Origin: Pseudobacteriovorax sp.
GTDB taxonomy: Bacteria > Bdellovibrionota_B > Oligoflexia > Oligoflexales > Oligoflexaceae
Reading direction: 5' to 3'
NCBI GenBank assembly: GCA_050293845.1
Contig: JBNKNM010000040.1
Span: 1-35,106 of the forward strand
Length of the DNA: 35,106 nt
Positions 16,725 to 25,686 of this stretch are shown here, one piece after another. Both the position numbers and the translations under genes were made by a program. How positions within the stretch are numbered: the first letter of the stretch is position 1; the number at the start of each line of letters is the position of its first letter. Under the pieces are notes generated by a model that was not told where the DNA came from, ran no database searches, and saw only the letters and a list, made by a program, of their open reading frames with translations.

Positions 16725-18767
16725 ATGACTAGTAATAAAACAGATTTTAAAAACGAAAAAGAAGACTGGGATTTAGCTGGCCCTTTACCGGATAAAGTTT
16801 ATTTTAAAAAGTTGGTAAAACGTCATTTTGCTTTTGTATGTTATAGTCTTATAATAGTTTTAATTGCAGCTGTAGCCATTGGCTTAAGTGTGAAAAATAC
16901 CTATGAATCTAAAATACATGCAATTTTTGATCAGACTGATATTTCGGGTTCGGGAATCGGGGTTAGTAATCAAAGTAACTATCAAGTTGTTGGGAGGCTG
17001 TTTCAAGCACGATTTGAGTCTCAAGAATTTCTTCATCAATTGGGCTTAGAAATAGGTGCCGACAGAGAACTTGAAGGGGGTGGATTTTCTCCTCTGATGC
17101 TTATAAGTATGATTAAAAAGAATATTAAAGCTTTAATTAGTAATGAAAAGAAGCTAACTGGTGAAACCGACGAAGATTATTTCAAGCGACTAAAAATTGT
17201 TGATTCGGTGAGAAAAAGAATTAAGTTAGAGCCGGAGCGATATACTGGAATGCTAAATCTGACGGCTCAGGGTGATACTCCCGAGAAAGCAGCTATGCTG
17301 GCTTCTCGGGCAATGGATAAATTTATAGAGGAAGAACTACGTTTTCAAGTAGCAGTAGTAGATCGTAAGCTTGGACTGCTTCAACAAGGTGTGGAAGCAG
17401 TTACTGCCGAGCCTTACCAAGAGCATAATGAAGATCCAAATACAAAAAAAGCTTCGCCGCTTAAAAAATTAGAAATTGTAGAACAAGAAACACGACTAGA
17501 AAATGAAGTGAAGCGGATCACTGATGAGCTTAATCGCAACCGGTTAGAACAAAATAGTTTGGTAAGAAGTCATAACGCTGAAATAGAAAGATTACTGGGA
17601 AACCTTCAACCAAATCATCCCACTGTGGTTGCCAAAAACAGAGCACATAATATTAAGATGGCTGCACTAAAGTCTTCTGAAGAAAATATTTCTAAGGATC
17701 TTGAAGTCATACGAAAAAAACTTTGGAGAATACGAGTTGTCAAAGTACAAGCCGAAGGATCTATGATACCAGCAGGAGAGGGGCTATCCTATCAAGGAGC
17801 TTTCTTTATTGCGGTCTCCGATAGAATAAAAGATTTAACGCTAGAAAAGCAAAATCTATTAAAACAAATCAAAGATCCTGAACAGCGTACTAGACTGAAA
17901 GTACTATTTCCCGCAACACTAACGAGAGTACCAGCTAAAAGCAAGCGCCGCATTGCAGCTATTGCAACCACTGCCATAGGATTTCTTTTTATATTTGGAT
18001 TTGTTGTGTACAAAGAAATCAGTCATCCTTTAGCTCGCGATGACTGGCGTATTGAAAGGAGTACCGAGCGTCCTATTCTTACTCAGATTTCTTCCGCAAG
18101 TTTATCAAAATATACTGAAATTTCACCAAAGGAAGCTGATAATCTTAGGGAAAATTTAAGATCTTATCATAAAAATGACGTAGGAGTAAGAACTCTTCTT
18201 TCTTATCGGCGGTTGGAATTGGCGATGGACAAGCACTGCACAGGAAAATTAGTACTTCTTTCTAGTGCAGGATCATCAGATAAATTGGGTCATTCTATAT
18301 ATAGCTTCATGAATATTTTTGCTACAGACACCGGACAGCGTTGTTTGGTTTGGGATTTTAATGCTAGTGATCCTGTTTTTACTAAATATGAAAAAGGTGA
18401 TTTGCCTGATTTAGTAGATATTATTGAAAAAAAAGTAGAATGTGAGAAAGCTATTATCAGAAAGCATTCCGACTTCTTGGCCTTTGATTTAATACCTCCT
18501 AGTGAAAAATTTCAAGGAGAAAAAACTCGTATTTTCACTCACGCAAACATATCGCCTATTGTAGAGAAGGTAAGTACTCAGTACGATTTTGTGCTATTAA
18601 GAAGCTTTCCAGAATATCAATTTATTGAGAATATGGTTCTAAACAAGACAGCATCAGATAGTTTTATATTTGTAGATGCTAAAAAAACAACTTACCAAGA
18701 CCTAGAAAGAACAATAACGCACATGAATTCAGATAAACTTCGTGGCTTAGTTCTAATGGGAACCTAG
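16725..18767 (+). CDS. Polysaccharide co-polymerase (Wzc/GumC-like) with degenerate kinase-like C-terminal domain
   Basis: Two TM helices flanking a coiled-coil periplasmic region with HP.V motif; cytoplasmic domain with YDFVLL and GLVL but no GK[ST] Walker A and no Tyr-rich tail. Confidence 0.8.
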   Translation: MTSNKTDFKNEKEDWDLAGPLPDKVYFKKLVKRHFAFVCYSLIIVLIAAVAIGLSVKNTYESKIHAIFDQTDISGSGIGVSNQSNYQVVGRLFQARFESQEFLHQLGLEIGADRELEGGGFSPLMLISMIKKNIKALISNEKKLTGETDEDYFKRLKIVDSVRKRIKLEPERYTGMLNLTAQGDTPEKAAMLASRAMDKFIEEELRFQVAVVDRKLGLLQQGVEAVTAEPYQEHNEDPNTKKASPLKKLEIVEQETRLENEVKRITDELNRNRLEQNSLVRSHNAEIERLLGNLQPNHPTVVAKNRAHNIKMAALKSSEENISKDLEVIRKKLWRIRVVKVQAEGSMIPAGEGLSYQGAFFIAVSDRIKDLTLEKQNLLKQIKDPEQRTRLKVLFPATLTRVPAKSKRRIAAIATTAIGFLFIFGFVVYKEISHPLARDDWRIERSTERPILTQISSASLSKYTEISPKEADNLRENLRSYHKNDVGVRTLLSYRRLELAMDKHCTGKLVLLSSAGSSDKLGHSIYSFMNIFATDTGQRCLVWDFNASDPVFTKYEKGDLPDLVDIIEKKVECEKAIIRKHSDFLAFDLIPPSEKFQGEKTRIFTHANISPIVEKVSTQYDFVLLRSFPEYQFIENMVLNKTASDSFIFVDAKKTTYQDLERTITHMNSDKLRGLVLMGT

Positions 18768-18781
18768 AGGAGAGGGGACTG

Positions 18782-20248
18782 TTGGAGACAGTAAAAAGTA
18801 TAATTGGGCTTTTTGTTCTTGGAATTAGTCTGTTGTTGGTGCCTATACTCCAAGGTGATGTATTACCTTCTGCAGCAATTCTTTCGATAAGTATATTTGT
18901 ATTGTTGGTCTCAGTACGTCCTCTAAAATTAGAATTTGTTATTTTACTTTTATTAACTGTTGCCATTGTTATCGACGTACCATCGGGGCGTCCTTGGTAT
19001 GAACACACAGCACCTACAGAGCAAATTGGGCACATATTTTTTGTAGCTTTAAAAAAAGTTATTGGTGCACCTATTCCTTTAACCCTATTTGAGATTCTAT
19101 CGTTTCTAACGGTACTAATCATTTATATTTTGTATAGACAAAAACGATCACCCATAGCATTTATGCTAATCATTGTTTCCTTTATTATTCCTCTAATTAC
19201 TGTTTTAGCAACGATGCATGGCGTTCTGCGAGGAAACGAACTAGCATTAGCTATTACTCAAATTCGTGCATTTCCTACCTTTACTGCCTGGAGTATTATT
19301 GGGTATTTTCTTGCTAAAAATATGAATGATTGTAAAAGAGCTATGCAAGCTATTGTATATGGGTCCTTATATAAAGCAATTTATGCTGTAGGAGTGTATT
19401 ACATCGCGTTTGGTGGAACATTAGATGAACGTGAATATTTGATGGATCATATTAGTTCATTTATATTAGCCATAGCCATGGCGATAGTGATTGGTAGAGT
19501 ATTATTTTTTAAAAATGTCAGTATTTACTATATGATGAAACAAATGGGTATATTTTTAACTCTACTTATCCCATTTATATTGAACGATCGTCGAACTGCT
19601 ATGCTAAGTATGATCGTTATCGTCATTTGTTTTCCTTTTATAATTTCTAAAATTAAAGTAAAAAAATTAATACTTCCTTTGATGATACTAATTCCTATAA
19701 CTTTAGTTTCTATAATTGGAATATTCGGCTTTGCTTTTAGTAGTAATTCTGAGCTCGCTCGAACACTGCAATCATATATTTCAGCCGCTCCTCAAGAAGA
19801 ACTAAGCTATCGAACAATTGAAAATTATAATCTACTCCAAGGAGTTCGATATAAGCCACTAACGGGGTTAGGCTTTGGAACAACATATCCAATACATATA
19901 TATCTGCCAGATATTTCTTTTGTGTTTAAATTATTTGATGCAATACCTCATAATCATGTATTTTATGTATGGGTTTTTACCGGTCCTCTAGGGATGGGAG
20001 CATTGGGTATGGTTATGATAATGTCGATCATTGCTAGCGTAAGGCTATCTAGTTCTAGTGAATATGGGTTCTATCCTTACTTTGGTTTTGTAACATTTTG
20101 TACAGTTATTTCTTGGTTATTCTTTGTGTTTTTTGACATGGGTCTTTTAACTACCAGAACATTGGTTCTCAGTGGATTGTTTATAGGTATTTCGTTCAAT
20201 TTTAATAAAGATTTAATAAAAGAAAAGAGGTTGAAATCAAATGTCTAA
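18782..20248 (+). CDS. Wzy / O-antigen-ligase family polymerase
   Basis: Multiple TM helices; RRTA, YR.IEN, PL.GLGFG and PHN motifs; TTG start after GGAG. Confidence 0.85.
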   Translation: METVKSIIGLFVLGISLLLVPILQGDVLPSAAILSISIFVLLVSVRPLKLEFVILLLLTVAIVIDVPSGRPWYEHTAPTEQIGHIFFVALKKVIGAPIPLTLFEILSFLTVLIIYILYRQKRSPIAFMLIIVSFIIPLITVLATMHGVLRGNELALAITQIRAFPTFTAWSIIGYFLAKNMNDCKRAMQAIVYGSLYKAIYAVGVYYIAFGGTLDEREYLMDHISSFILAIAMAIVIGRVLFFKNVSIYYMMKQMGIFLTLLIPFILNDRRTAMLSMIVIVICFPFIISKIKVKKLILPLMILIPITLVSIIGIFGFAFSSNSELARTLQSYISAAPQEELSYRTIENYNLLQGVRYKPLTGLGFGTTYPIHIYLPDISFVFKLFDAIPHNHVFYVWVFTGPLGMGALGMVMIMSIIASVRLSSSSEYGFYPYFGFVTFCTVISWLFFVFFDMGLLTTRTLVLSGLFIGISFNFNKDLIKEKRLKSNV

Positions 20249-20834
20249 ATTGTATGTATTATTGATAATTTTATTCATGGTTTCCTGTATCTCCAGTCCG
20301 GGTATGTTCCCATTAGAAAAAGCTCCTCGAGGTTCAACTTTTTCTATTGATGGATTATATAGATTAGGTGTGAATGATGTTGTCGAAATAAAAGTAGCAG
20401 GTCAAGAAGACTTTAATGGTCAGCACATTATCTCACAATCAGGTTCTCTCAATCTTCCTTTAATTGGATTGGTAACGGCAAAAGGCATGACTGAAAAAAA
20501 ACTATTCGAAACTCTACAACGACGTCTTATTCCTTACATAAAAAATCCAGTAATATCTTTGTCTATTATAAAATATGAAAGTTATAAGGTTTTTATTTCA
20601 GGCACAGTGAAGACGCCAGGAGTGTTTATATTTAAAGAGCCTACAACTATTCTTCAAGCTATTGCTACTGCTGGAGGCCTTTCAAACCTATCTAATGGTG
20701 AAATTATTCTTCATAGGCGCCAAAAAAATGGAAAAATTGGTAAATATACTGCTGAATATGATGGTATTTTAAAAGGTGAAAAGGAATTGAATGGATTTAT
20801 CTTAGAAAGAGGAGATGTTTTATATGTTCAGTAA
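20241..20834 (+). CDS. Short OPX polysaccharide export protein (Poly_export + SLBB)
   Basis: Lipobox-like MVSC; YRLG..D, G.LNLPLIG, G.VK.PG, AIA.AGG and L..GDVLYV; 197 aa with no outer-membrane helix. Confidence 0.88.
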   Translation: MSKLYVLLIILFMVSCISSPGMFPLEKAPRGSTFSIDGLYRLGVNDVVEIKVAGQEDFNGQHIISQSGSLNLPLIGLVTAKGMTEKKLFETLQRRLIPYIKNPVISLSIIKYESYKVFISGTVKTPGVFIFKEPTTILQAIATAGGLSNLSNGEIILHRRQKNGKIGKYTAEYDGILKGEKELNGFILERGDVLYVQ

Positions 20835-21012
20835 ACTCATAACTTTTGGAGTTCTGGCATCACTATTTATACCCGGTATAATCATTGCAAGACTCCCCAT
20901 ACGCTTTAACTTAAAATTGATGCTTAGGATATATCTAGGCTATTTTCTGGCGTTTTTAATCTTAGGTATTGTAATTCGTTTACTTCCCGGATTGATTAAT
21001 CCTTATGGTTAG
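20824..21012 (+). CDS. Small two-TM membrane protein coupled to OPX
   Basis: GAGGAG (20809-20814) 9 nt before ATG 20824; overlaps the OPX end; two hydrophobic segments. Confidence 0.6.
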   Translation: MFSKLITFGVLASLFIPGIIIARLPIRFNLKLMLRIYLGYFLAFLILGIVIRLLPGLINPYG

Positions 21013-21073
21013 TAACATTAAATTTAAAATAATCTCTTCATGTCCAAATTAAAGTAATTCATTTTTAATCTTC

Positions 21074-21844
21074 TCATATTTTTAAGTAATCTAATAATAT
21101 TTCTAAAGTAAACTCTGTGTGGAAGCAATCGCTCTCATCATTGTCTCCTGTTGTGATACTAGAAAGATCGATACTTTTCCAACCTGCCAGCTGAAATGCA
21201 AATGAACTAATATCTCGAGTTTACAAGGAAATACTAATCGGTCCCGATTGTTCATGAGGAGGAACAATACATTGGGTAACTCCTCCTATGCAATATGGAT
21301 CAGTATTGATATCGGTCACAGACTTACCAACCATTCTACTAAAATCCCATTTGTATATACCATCTTCAGAATTTAGAAGAGATACAATACTACTATTGGA
21401 GCCAATGAGGACTGTATCTTCTAAGATAATAAATAAGTAATCATCATATCTAATTTGGGTGTCTGGCAATGATGAGATAGTTATATTACAGATAACTCCA
21501 TCTTCAGGACCTGCTATGCTATGAGTTTGTATTTCTATAGCTTGCAAACGTTGATCGCTGGGTTCTAAATTGGGAAATTCTCCAAACTTACATCCTTTTT
21601 GTTCGGTGAAAGTAAGTTGGTGTGAAATTTGTGTGAGCTTAATTCCTTCATCGGTGCATTTTTGTTCCAATTTTTCTGGACTATCTATTCCAATTTTGAC
21701 TAGATTGTCAATAATGACTCGATTTACATTTGGATTGTCAGTCTCTTCGGCTAAAATAGAATTTGTATCTGAATTACTCTTTTTTTTCTTAGAGCAACTT
21801 GAAAAAATTAAAATAATAAGTAGGATAAATAATGATTGTGCCAT
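21074..21844 (-). pseudogene. Lipoprotein interrupted by an in-frame TAA
   Basis: Lipobox FSSC. The frame continues for 48 codons after the TAA at 21221-21223 (TRDISSF...ITTGDNDESDCFHTEFTLEILLDYLKI) to TGA at 21074. Confidence 0.65.
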
Positions 21845-21873
21845 ATTATTCTCTTGTAGAGTTTGAAATTTTT

Positions 21874-21898
21874 TATTGGTAAAATAATTTTACCAATA
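21874..21898. promoter_or_regulatory. Perfect 11-bp palindrome between divergent genes, candidate operator
   Basis: TATTGGTAAAA-TAA-TTTTACCAATA. Confidence 0.45.
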
Positions 21899-21955
21899 TG
21901 TTGAATAAATATCTATTAAACAGAATGAAGAAACTTTTGCTATAGGATACTATAA

Positions 21956-22894
21956 GTGAATTTATCAATCTTAGCCGCAAAGGTTTTGGTCCTTTTATTA
22001 CCTGAGTCTATGTTGGGATTCGTGTATAAATTGCTAGTAGGGAAAGAATCTATCTCTCTTTGCTTACATAGAGTTACCCGTCAGAGGAGCAAGTTTAACC
22101 CGTATCCTCCGACTACTATTGAAGAGTCTAAGCTTGATAAGATCATAGAGCACTCACTACCGATCCATAAGAAAACCGGGAGTTACTTTACCTTAAGCTT
22201 TGATGATGGTTACAAAGATGCGCTCGAATATTATCTAAAAAATAAGCAGCAATATTCAGGTGCCGAATGGCAGTTTTATATATGTCCCATTAAATCTAAG
22301 GTAAGAAGTGGATTTACTTGGGATTTTTACGAAAAATCCTGCGAAGAAGGTGCTCTTCATGAAGATTTTAGTCATTTTTTGAAAAAAATCCAAGCCATGA
22401 ATGATAATCAAAGGGAGTCTCTACTTAAAGATTTAGGAAATGATAGCAGATTCTTACTTGCGCAACCCTATGAATGGAAACAAATATCTCAAGATCAAAA
22501 TGTGATATTAGGTAATCATTCAAATTTTCATTTAAGCTTTGCAGACTTAAATGAAAAAAACATGCTACATGAAATAGAAGAATCAATAAGAGACTTTAAT
22601 GATTTGTTTGGAGAGACTCAACATTTTGCTTTTCCTTATGGTACACCTTATATAAGGTTTACTAAAAGAAATGTTCAAGCTCTACGCGAGAAATCTAACT
22701 ATATTATTTGGAGTACCGCTGAGTATAGTTATCAAAAAAAAGAAAGAAGTCTAGGAAACGTCATGCCAAGAATAGTTGTCGATGGTACTTTAGAATGGCA
22801 GGAAGTTTTCATGTATATCGCGGTACGATCTACAATAACAAGAGTAATAAGAGTATTACGAAGAAAAAAATCATTTCATAAAGAATGGAATTAA
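21956..22894 (+). CDS. Polysaccharide deacetylase (NodB/CE4)
   Basis: LHRV, LSFDDGY, GNHSNFH, FAFPYG and PR motifs. Confidence 0.88.
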   Translation: MNLSILAAKVLVLLLPESMLGFVYKLLVGKESISLCLHRVTRQRSKFNPYPPTTIEESKLDKIIEHSLPIHKKTGSYFTLSFDDGYKDALEYYLKNKQQYSGAEWQFYICPIKSKVRSGFTWDFYEKSCEEGALHEDFSHFLKKIQAMNDNQRESLLKDLGNDSRFLLAQPYEWKQISQDQNVILGNHSNFHLSFADLNEKNMLHEIEESIRDFNDLFGETQHFAFPYGTPYIRFTKRNVQALREKSNYIIWSTAEYSYQKKERSLGNVMPRIVVDGTLEWQEVFMYIAVRSTITRVIRVLRRKKSFHKEWN

Positions 22895-24361
22895 TTATTT
22901 TGTACGAATTTTATGATAAATGAATTGTAACTGCTTCATTGTTAGTACCCTACTTAAAAATAAATAAAAGGGAATTAATGCAAATATAGCTATTCTTTGC
23001 CAAAGTTCAAATTCATAGATGGTATCAAAATATATAATGCCAATAATTGCTGGTAATTCAACTATTAGTATTGTGTAAGCTATTTTTTTTGAAAAAATCT
23101 TAGCTGGATAAAAATAGAATATACAAGCAGCAACCATCATTTCACTAAACAAAGTAGTTAATGTTACTGTAAGTCCAGCTCCGCCAGTTCCCCAAAAATC
23201 TAATCCAAAGGGTATAAATATACCATTCAGAATGACGTTTAGTGAAATACCTAAAAATATAATGGAGGCAAGAACTCTTCCAGATGATGATAATGAAAGT
23301 CCGGAGCCCAGCATTGTATTGATATAGGTAAGTATAAGAGAGGGGCTTAAATATCCAATAATTTTATGAGAATATTCAAATCCTTCCCCATATAATATGA
23401 GAGCCACTTCCTTAACAAATAAGATCAAAATCATAGTTAGTGGGAAAGTTAAAACTAATAGAAATTGAAGCGCTTGCTGGGCTAGTTGTCCGAATTTTTC
23501 AATGCTTTCAGAAAATGCTACTGACAAAGCAGGAGTAAGAGAACTTGAAAGAACAGGTACAAAAAGTAAAAAAACACCAATTAATTTTGATGCGGCACCA
23601 AAATAACCAAGTTCAGTATTAGTAGACATTGCTCCCAGCATCGTCATATCAACTTCAGATCCAATTGATGCGAAAACAATAGCGATATAAAAAGGTAACC
23701 CGATTTTTAGAATACTAGTGATTGTGCTCTTACTGACTTTTCCTTTTAGCAAATTGCGTTTGTAACAAGACCATAGAAGGATAAGAGAAGCTAATAACTC
23801 AGCAGCCATGCATGAGATAGCAATACTATATACATTGGCTCTTATATATAAAAGAACGAAAGCAAGTAGTACAAGAGTAACCTTTGTTATGACATTTATA
23901 ATTGATACTAGCTTCACTTCATTTCGTGCTATAAACATTCGCTTTAAAATGTCACGATGAAAGATATGAAAGCAAGCAAAAATACCCATAATAATGGCAG
24001 CATTTACCGTTTCATCAGGCTTGCCGCTAAGTTTTAAGACAATATACATTACTAGGCCGATGACAACCCCAGCAACGATTTCTACTGCTATGATGCTATT
24101 AAGAACATCCTTTGCATGGTCTGGATCTGGAGGAACTTTACGGCTAATATAAACTGAAATACCAAGAGGCATAAATGAAAAAAATATCAAAGATATAGAT
24201 TCAGCAAAGAAAAATACTCCAATTTTTTCAGGCCCTAAAAGCCGAGGAAGGTACATGCGAAGGAATAGGGATAAAACCATCGTAATCCCAAGGGATATTG
24301 ACAAAATAGATGCATTTTTAACAATGCCACCAATAGGATCATTTTGTTTAGACAACGTCAT
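22895..24361 (-). CDS. Wzx flippase
   Basis: KNAS, RLLGPE..G, D.TMLG and GYFGAA.K; hydrophobic throughout. Confidence 0.9.
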   Translation of the reverse strand: MTLSKQNDPIGGIVKNASILSISLGITMVLSLFLRMYLPRLLGPEKIGVFFFAESISLIFFSFMPLGISVYISRKVPPDPDHAKDVLNSIIAVEIVAGVVIGLVMYIVLKLSGKPDETVNAAIIMGIFACFHIFHRDILKRMFIARNEVKLVSIINVITKVTLVLLAFVLLYIRANVYSIAISCMAAELLASLILLWSCYKRNLLKGKVSKSTITSILKIGLPFYIAIVFASIGSEVDMTMLGAMSTNTELGYFGAASKLIGVFLLFVPVLSSSLTPALSVAFSESIEKFGQLAQQALQFLLVLTFPLTMILILFVKEVALILYGEGFEYSHKIIGYLSPSLILTYINTMLGSGLSLSSSGRVLASIIFLGISLNVILNGIFIPFGLDFWGTGGAGLTVTLTTLFSEMMVAACIFYFYPAKIFSKKIAYTILIVELPAIIGIIYFDTIYEFELWQRIAIFALIPFYLFLSRVLTMKQLQFIYHKIRTK

Positions 24362-24390
24362 AGCCTATAGATCGATAATAATGATCTATT

Positions 24391-24474
24391 GCTTCGGAGA
24401 AATAAACCCAAATGTTAGAGAGAAATATTTTATCAGTTATCAATACTTAAGCATTCAGACTAAAGCTCCGAATC
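24391..24474. promoter_or_regulatory. Back-to-back divergent sigma28-type promoter candidates
   Basis: Minus strand TAAC-N15-TCCGAAGC (24391-24417, toward wzx); plus strand TAAG-N15-TCCGAATC (24448-24474, toward the ATP-grasp gene). Confidence 0.5.
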
Positions 24475-24510
24475 TAGTGTAGAAATTATATGATTAGATG
24501 AGAAATATCT

Positions 24511-25686
24511 ATGACTGTCCGTAAACCGATAATTGTAATTATATCCCTACGTAAAGAATGGTTAGGTGTTAGCCGCTTACCTAGAGTTTTGCAAAAAGCA
24601 GGATTTAGGGTGGAAGCCATTTGTCATCCAGGTTCTTATCTTGCTAAAACTAGATATATAGACAAACTTTATCCTATAATGAGTCATTTTTCAGTATTTT
24701 CCAAGCTTTGCCTATTTAAAATATGTCATATTATATCAAAAATTGATTGCATAATGATTATACCTGGAGATGAAGATACGATACTTCTTTTACAAGATCT
24801 TTATAAATTATCTAGATATTTAAGGTTAGAGAAAACTATAAAAAAATTACAATATTCACTATGGAAACGTGAACAATTTTTTGAAGTCTTGGATAAGCAT
24901 CGATTTATTAATAAATTGAATGCTATGAAGATGCCAGTACCGCAAGATTTGGGTAGTGCTAAAGCTAATCCAACTAAGAGCCAATATCCTGTTGTACTTA
25001 AAGATGCGTTCGGAAGCGGAGGTAGCGGTGTTTGGCTTTGTCGTAATCAAGTAGAGCTAGCTAATATAAAGAAAAAAATACTTCCTAAAAAAAGTAAAAT
25101 AGCAAAGCAACGACTCAAAAAATTGTTTTTCTATGATATATTTTCGATGCCATCTCATATTAGACACAATGAATATGTATCGGGGATTCCTGGAATGTTT
25201 CCATTCGTTGCTTTAAAAGGTCAGTATATAGGTGGGTATTCACTATTAAAAATAAGAACATTTCCTGAAACGACTGGTCCAAGCAGTGTTGTAAGATTAA
25301 TCCAACATAAAAAAATTGAAGAATATGTAAAAATTATAATAAATAATTTAGAGTTTTCTGGGTTTGGAAGTTTTGACTTTATTTATAATGAAACAACAAA
25401 TGATATCAATTTTATCGAACTCAATCCAAGACCGGTACCGGTTTCTCACTTGGGTGATTATTTTGGAATTGAACTTTGTGAGGCACTTTTTCATAAATTA
25501 ACTAATACTAAATATACACCAAAAAAAGTGGAAAATTCGGGGATTGTGGCACTTTTCCCAAGTGAGTACAATAGAGATCCTGAAAGTATATATATAAAGG
25601 AACATCACCATGATGTCCCTATAGATGATCCTGAGCTACTTGAATTTATTGCGCCGGAGTATCAGCATGAATTTTTGGAATCATAA
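24511..25686 (+). CDS. ATP-grasp domain protein
   Basis: YPVVLK...GSGGSGV, GPSSV, SGFGSFDF and IELNPR. Confidence 0.88.
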   Translation: MTVRKPIIVIISLRKEWLGVSRLPRVLQKAGFRVEAICHPGSYLAKTRYIDKLYPIMSHFSVFSKLCLFKICHIISKIDCIMIIPGDEDTILLLQDLYKLSRYLRLEKTIKKLQYSLWKREQFFEVLDKHRFINKLNAMKMPVPQDLGSAKANPTKSQYPVVLKDAFGSGGSGVWLCRNQVELANIKKKILPKKSKIAKQRLKKLFFYDIFSMPSHIRHNEYVSGIPGMFPFVALKGQYIGGYSLLKIRTFPETTGPSSVVRLIQHKKIEEYVKIIINNLEFSGFGSFDFIYNETTNDINFIELNPRPVPVSHLGDYFGIELCEALFHKLTNTKYTPKKVENSGIVALFPSEYNRDPESIYIKEHHHDVPIDDPELLEFIAPEYQHEFLES

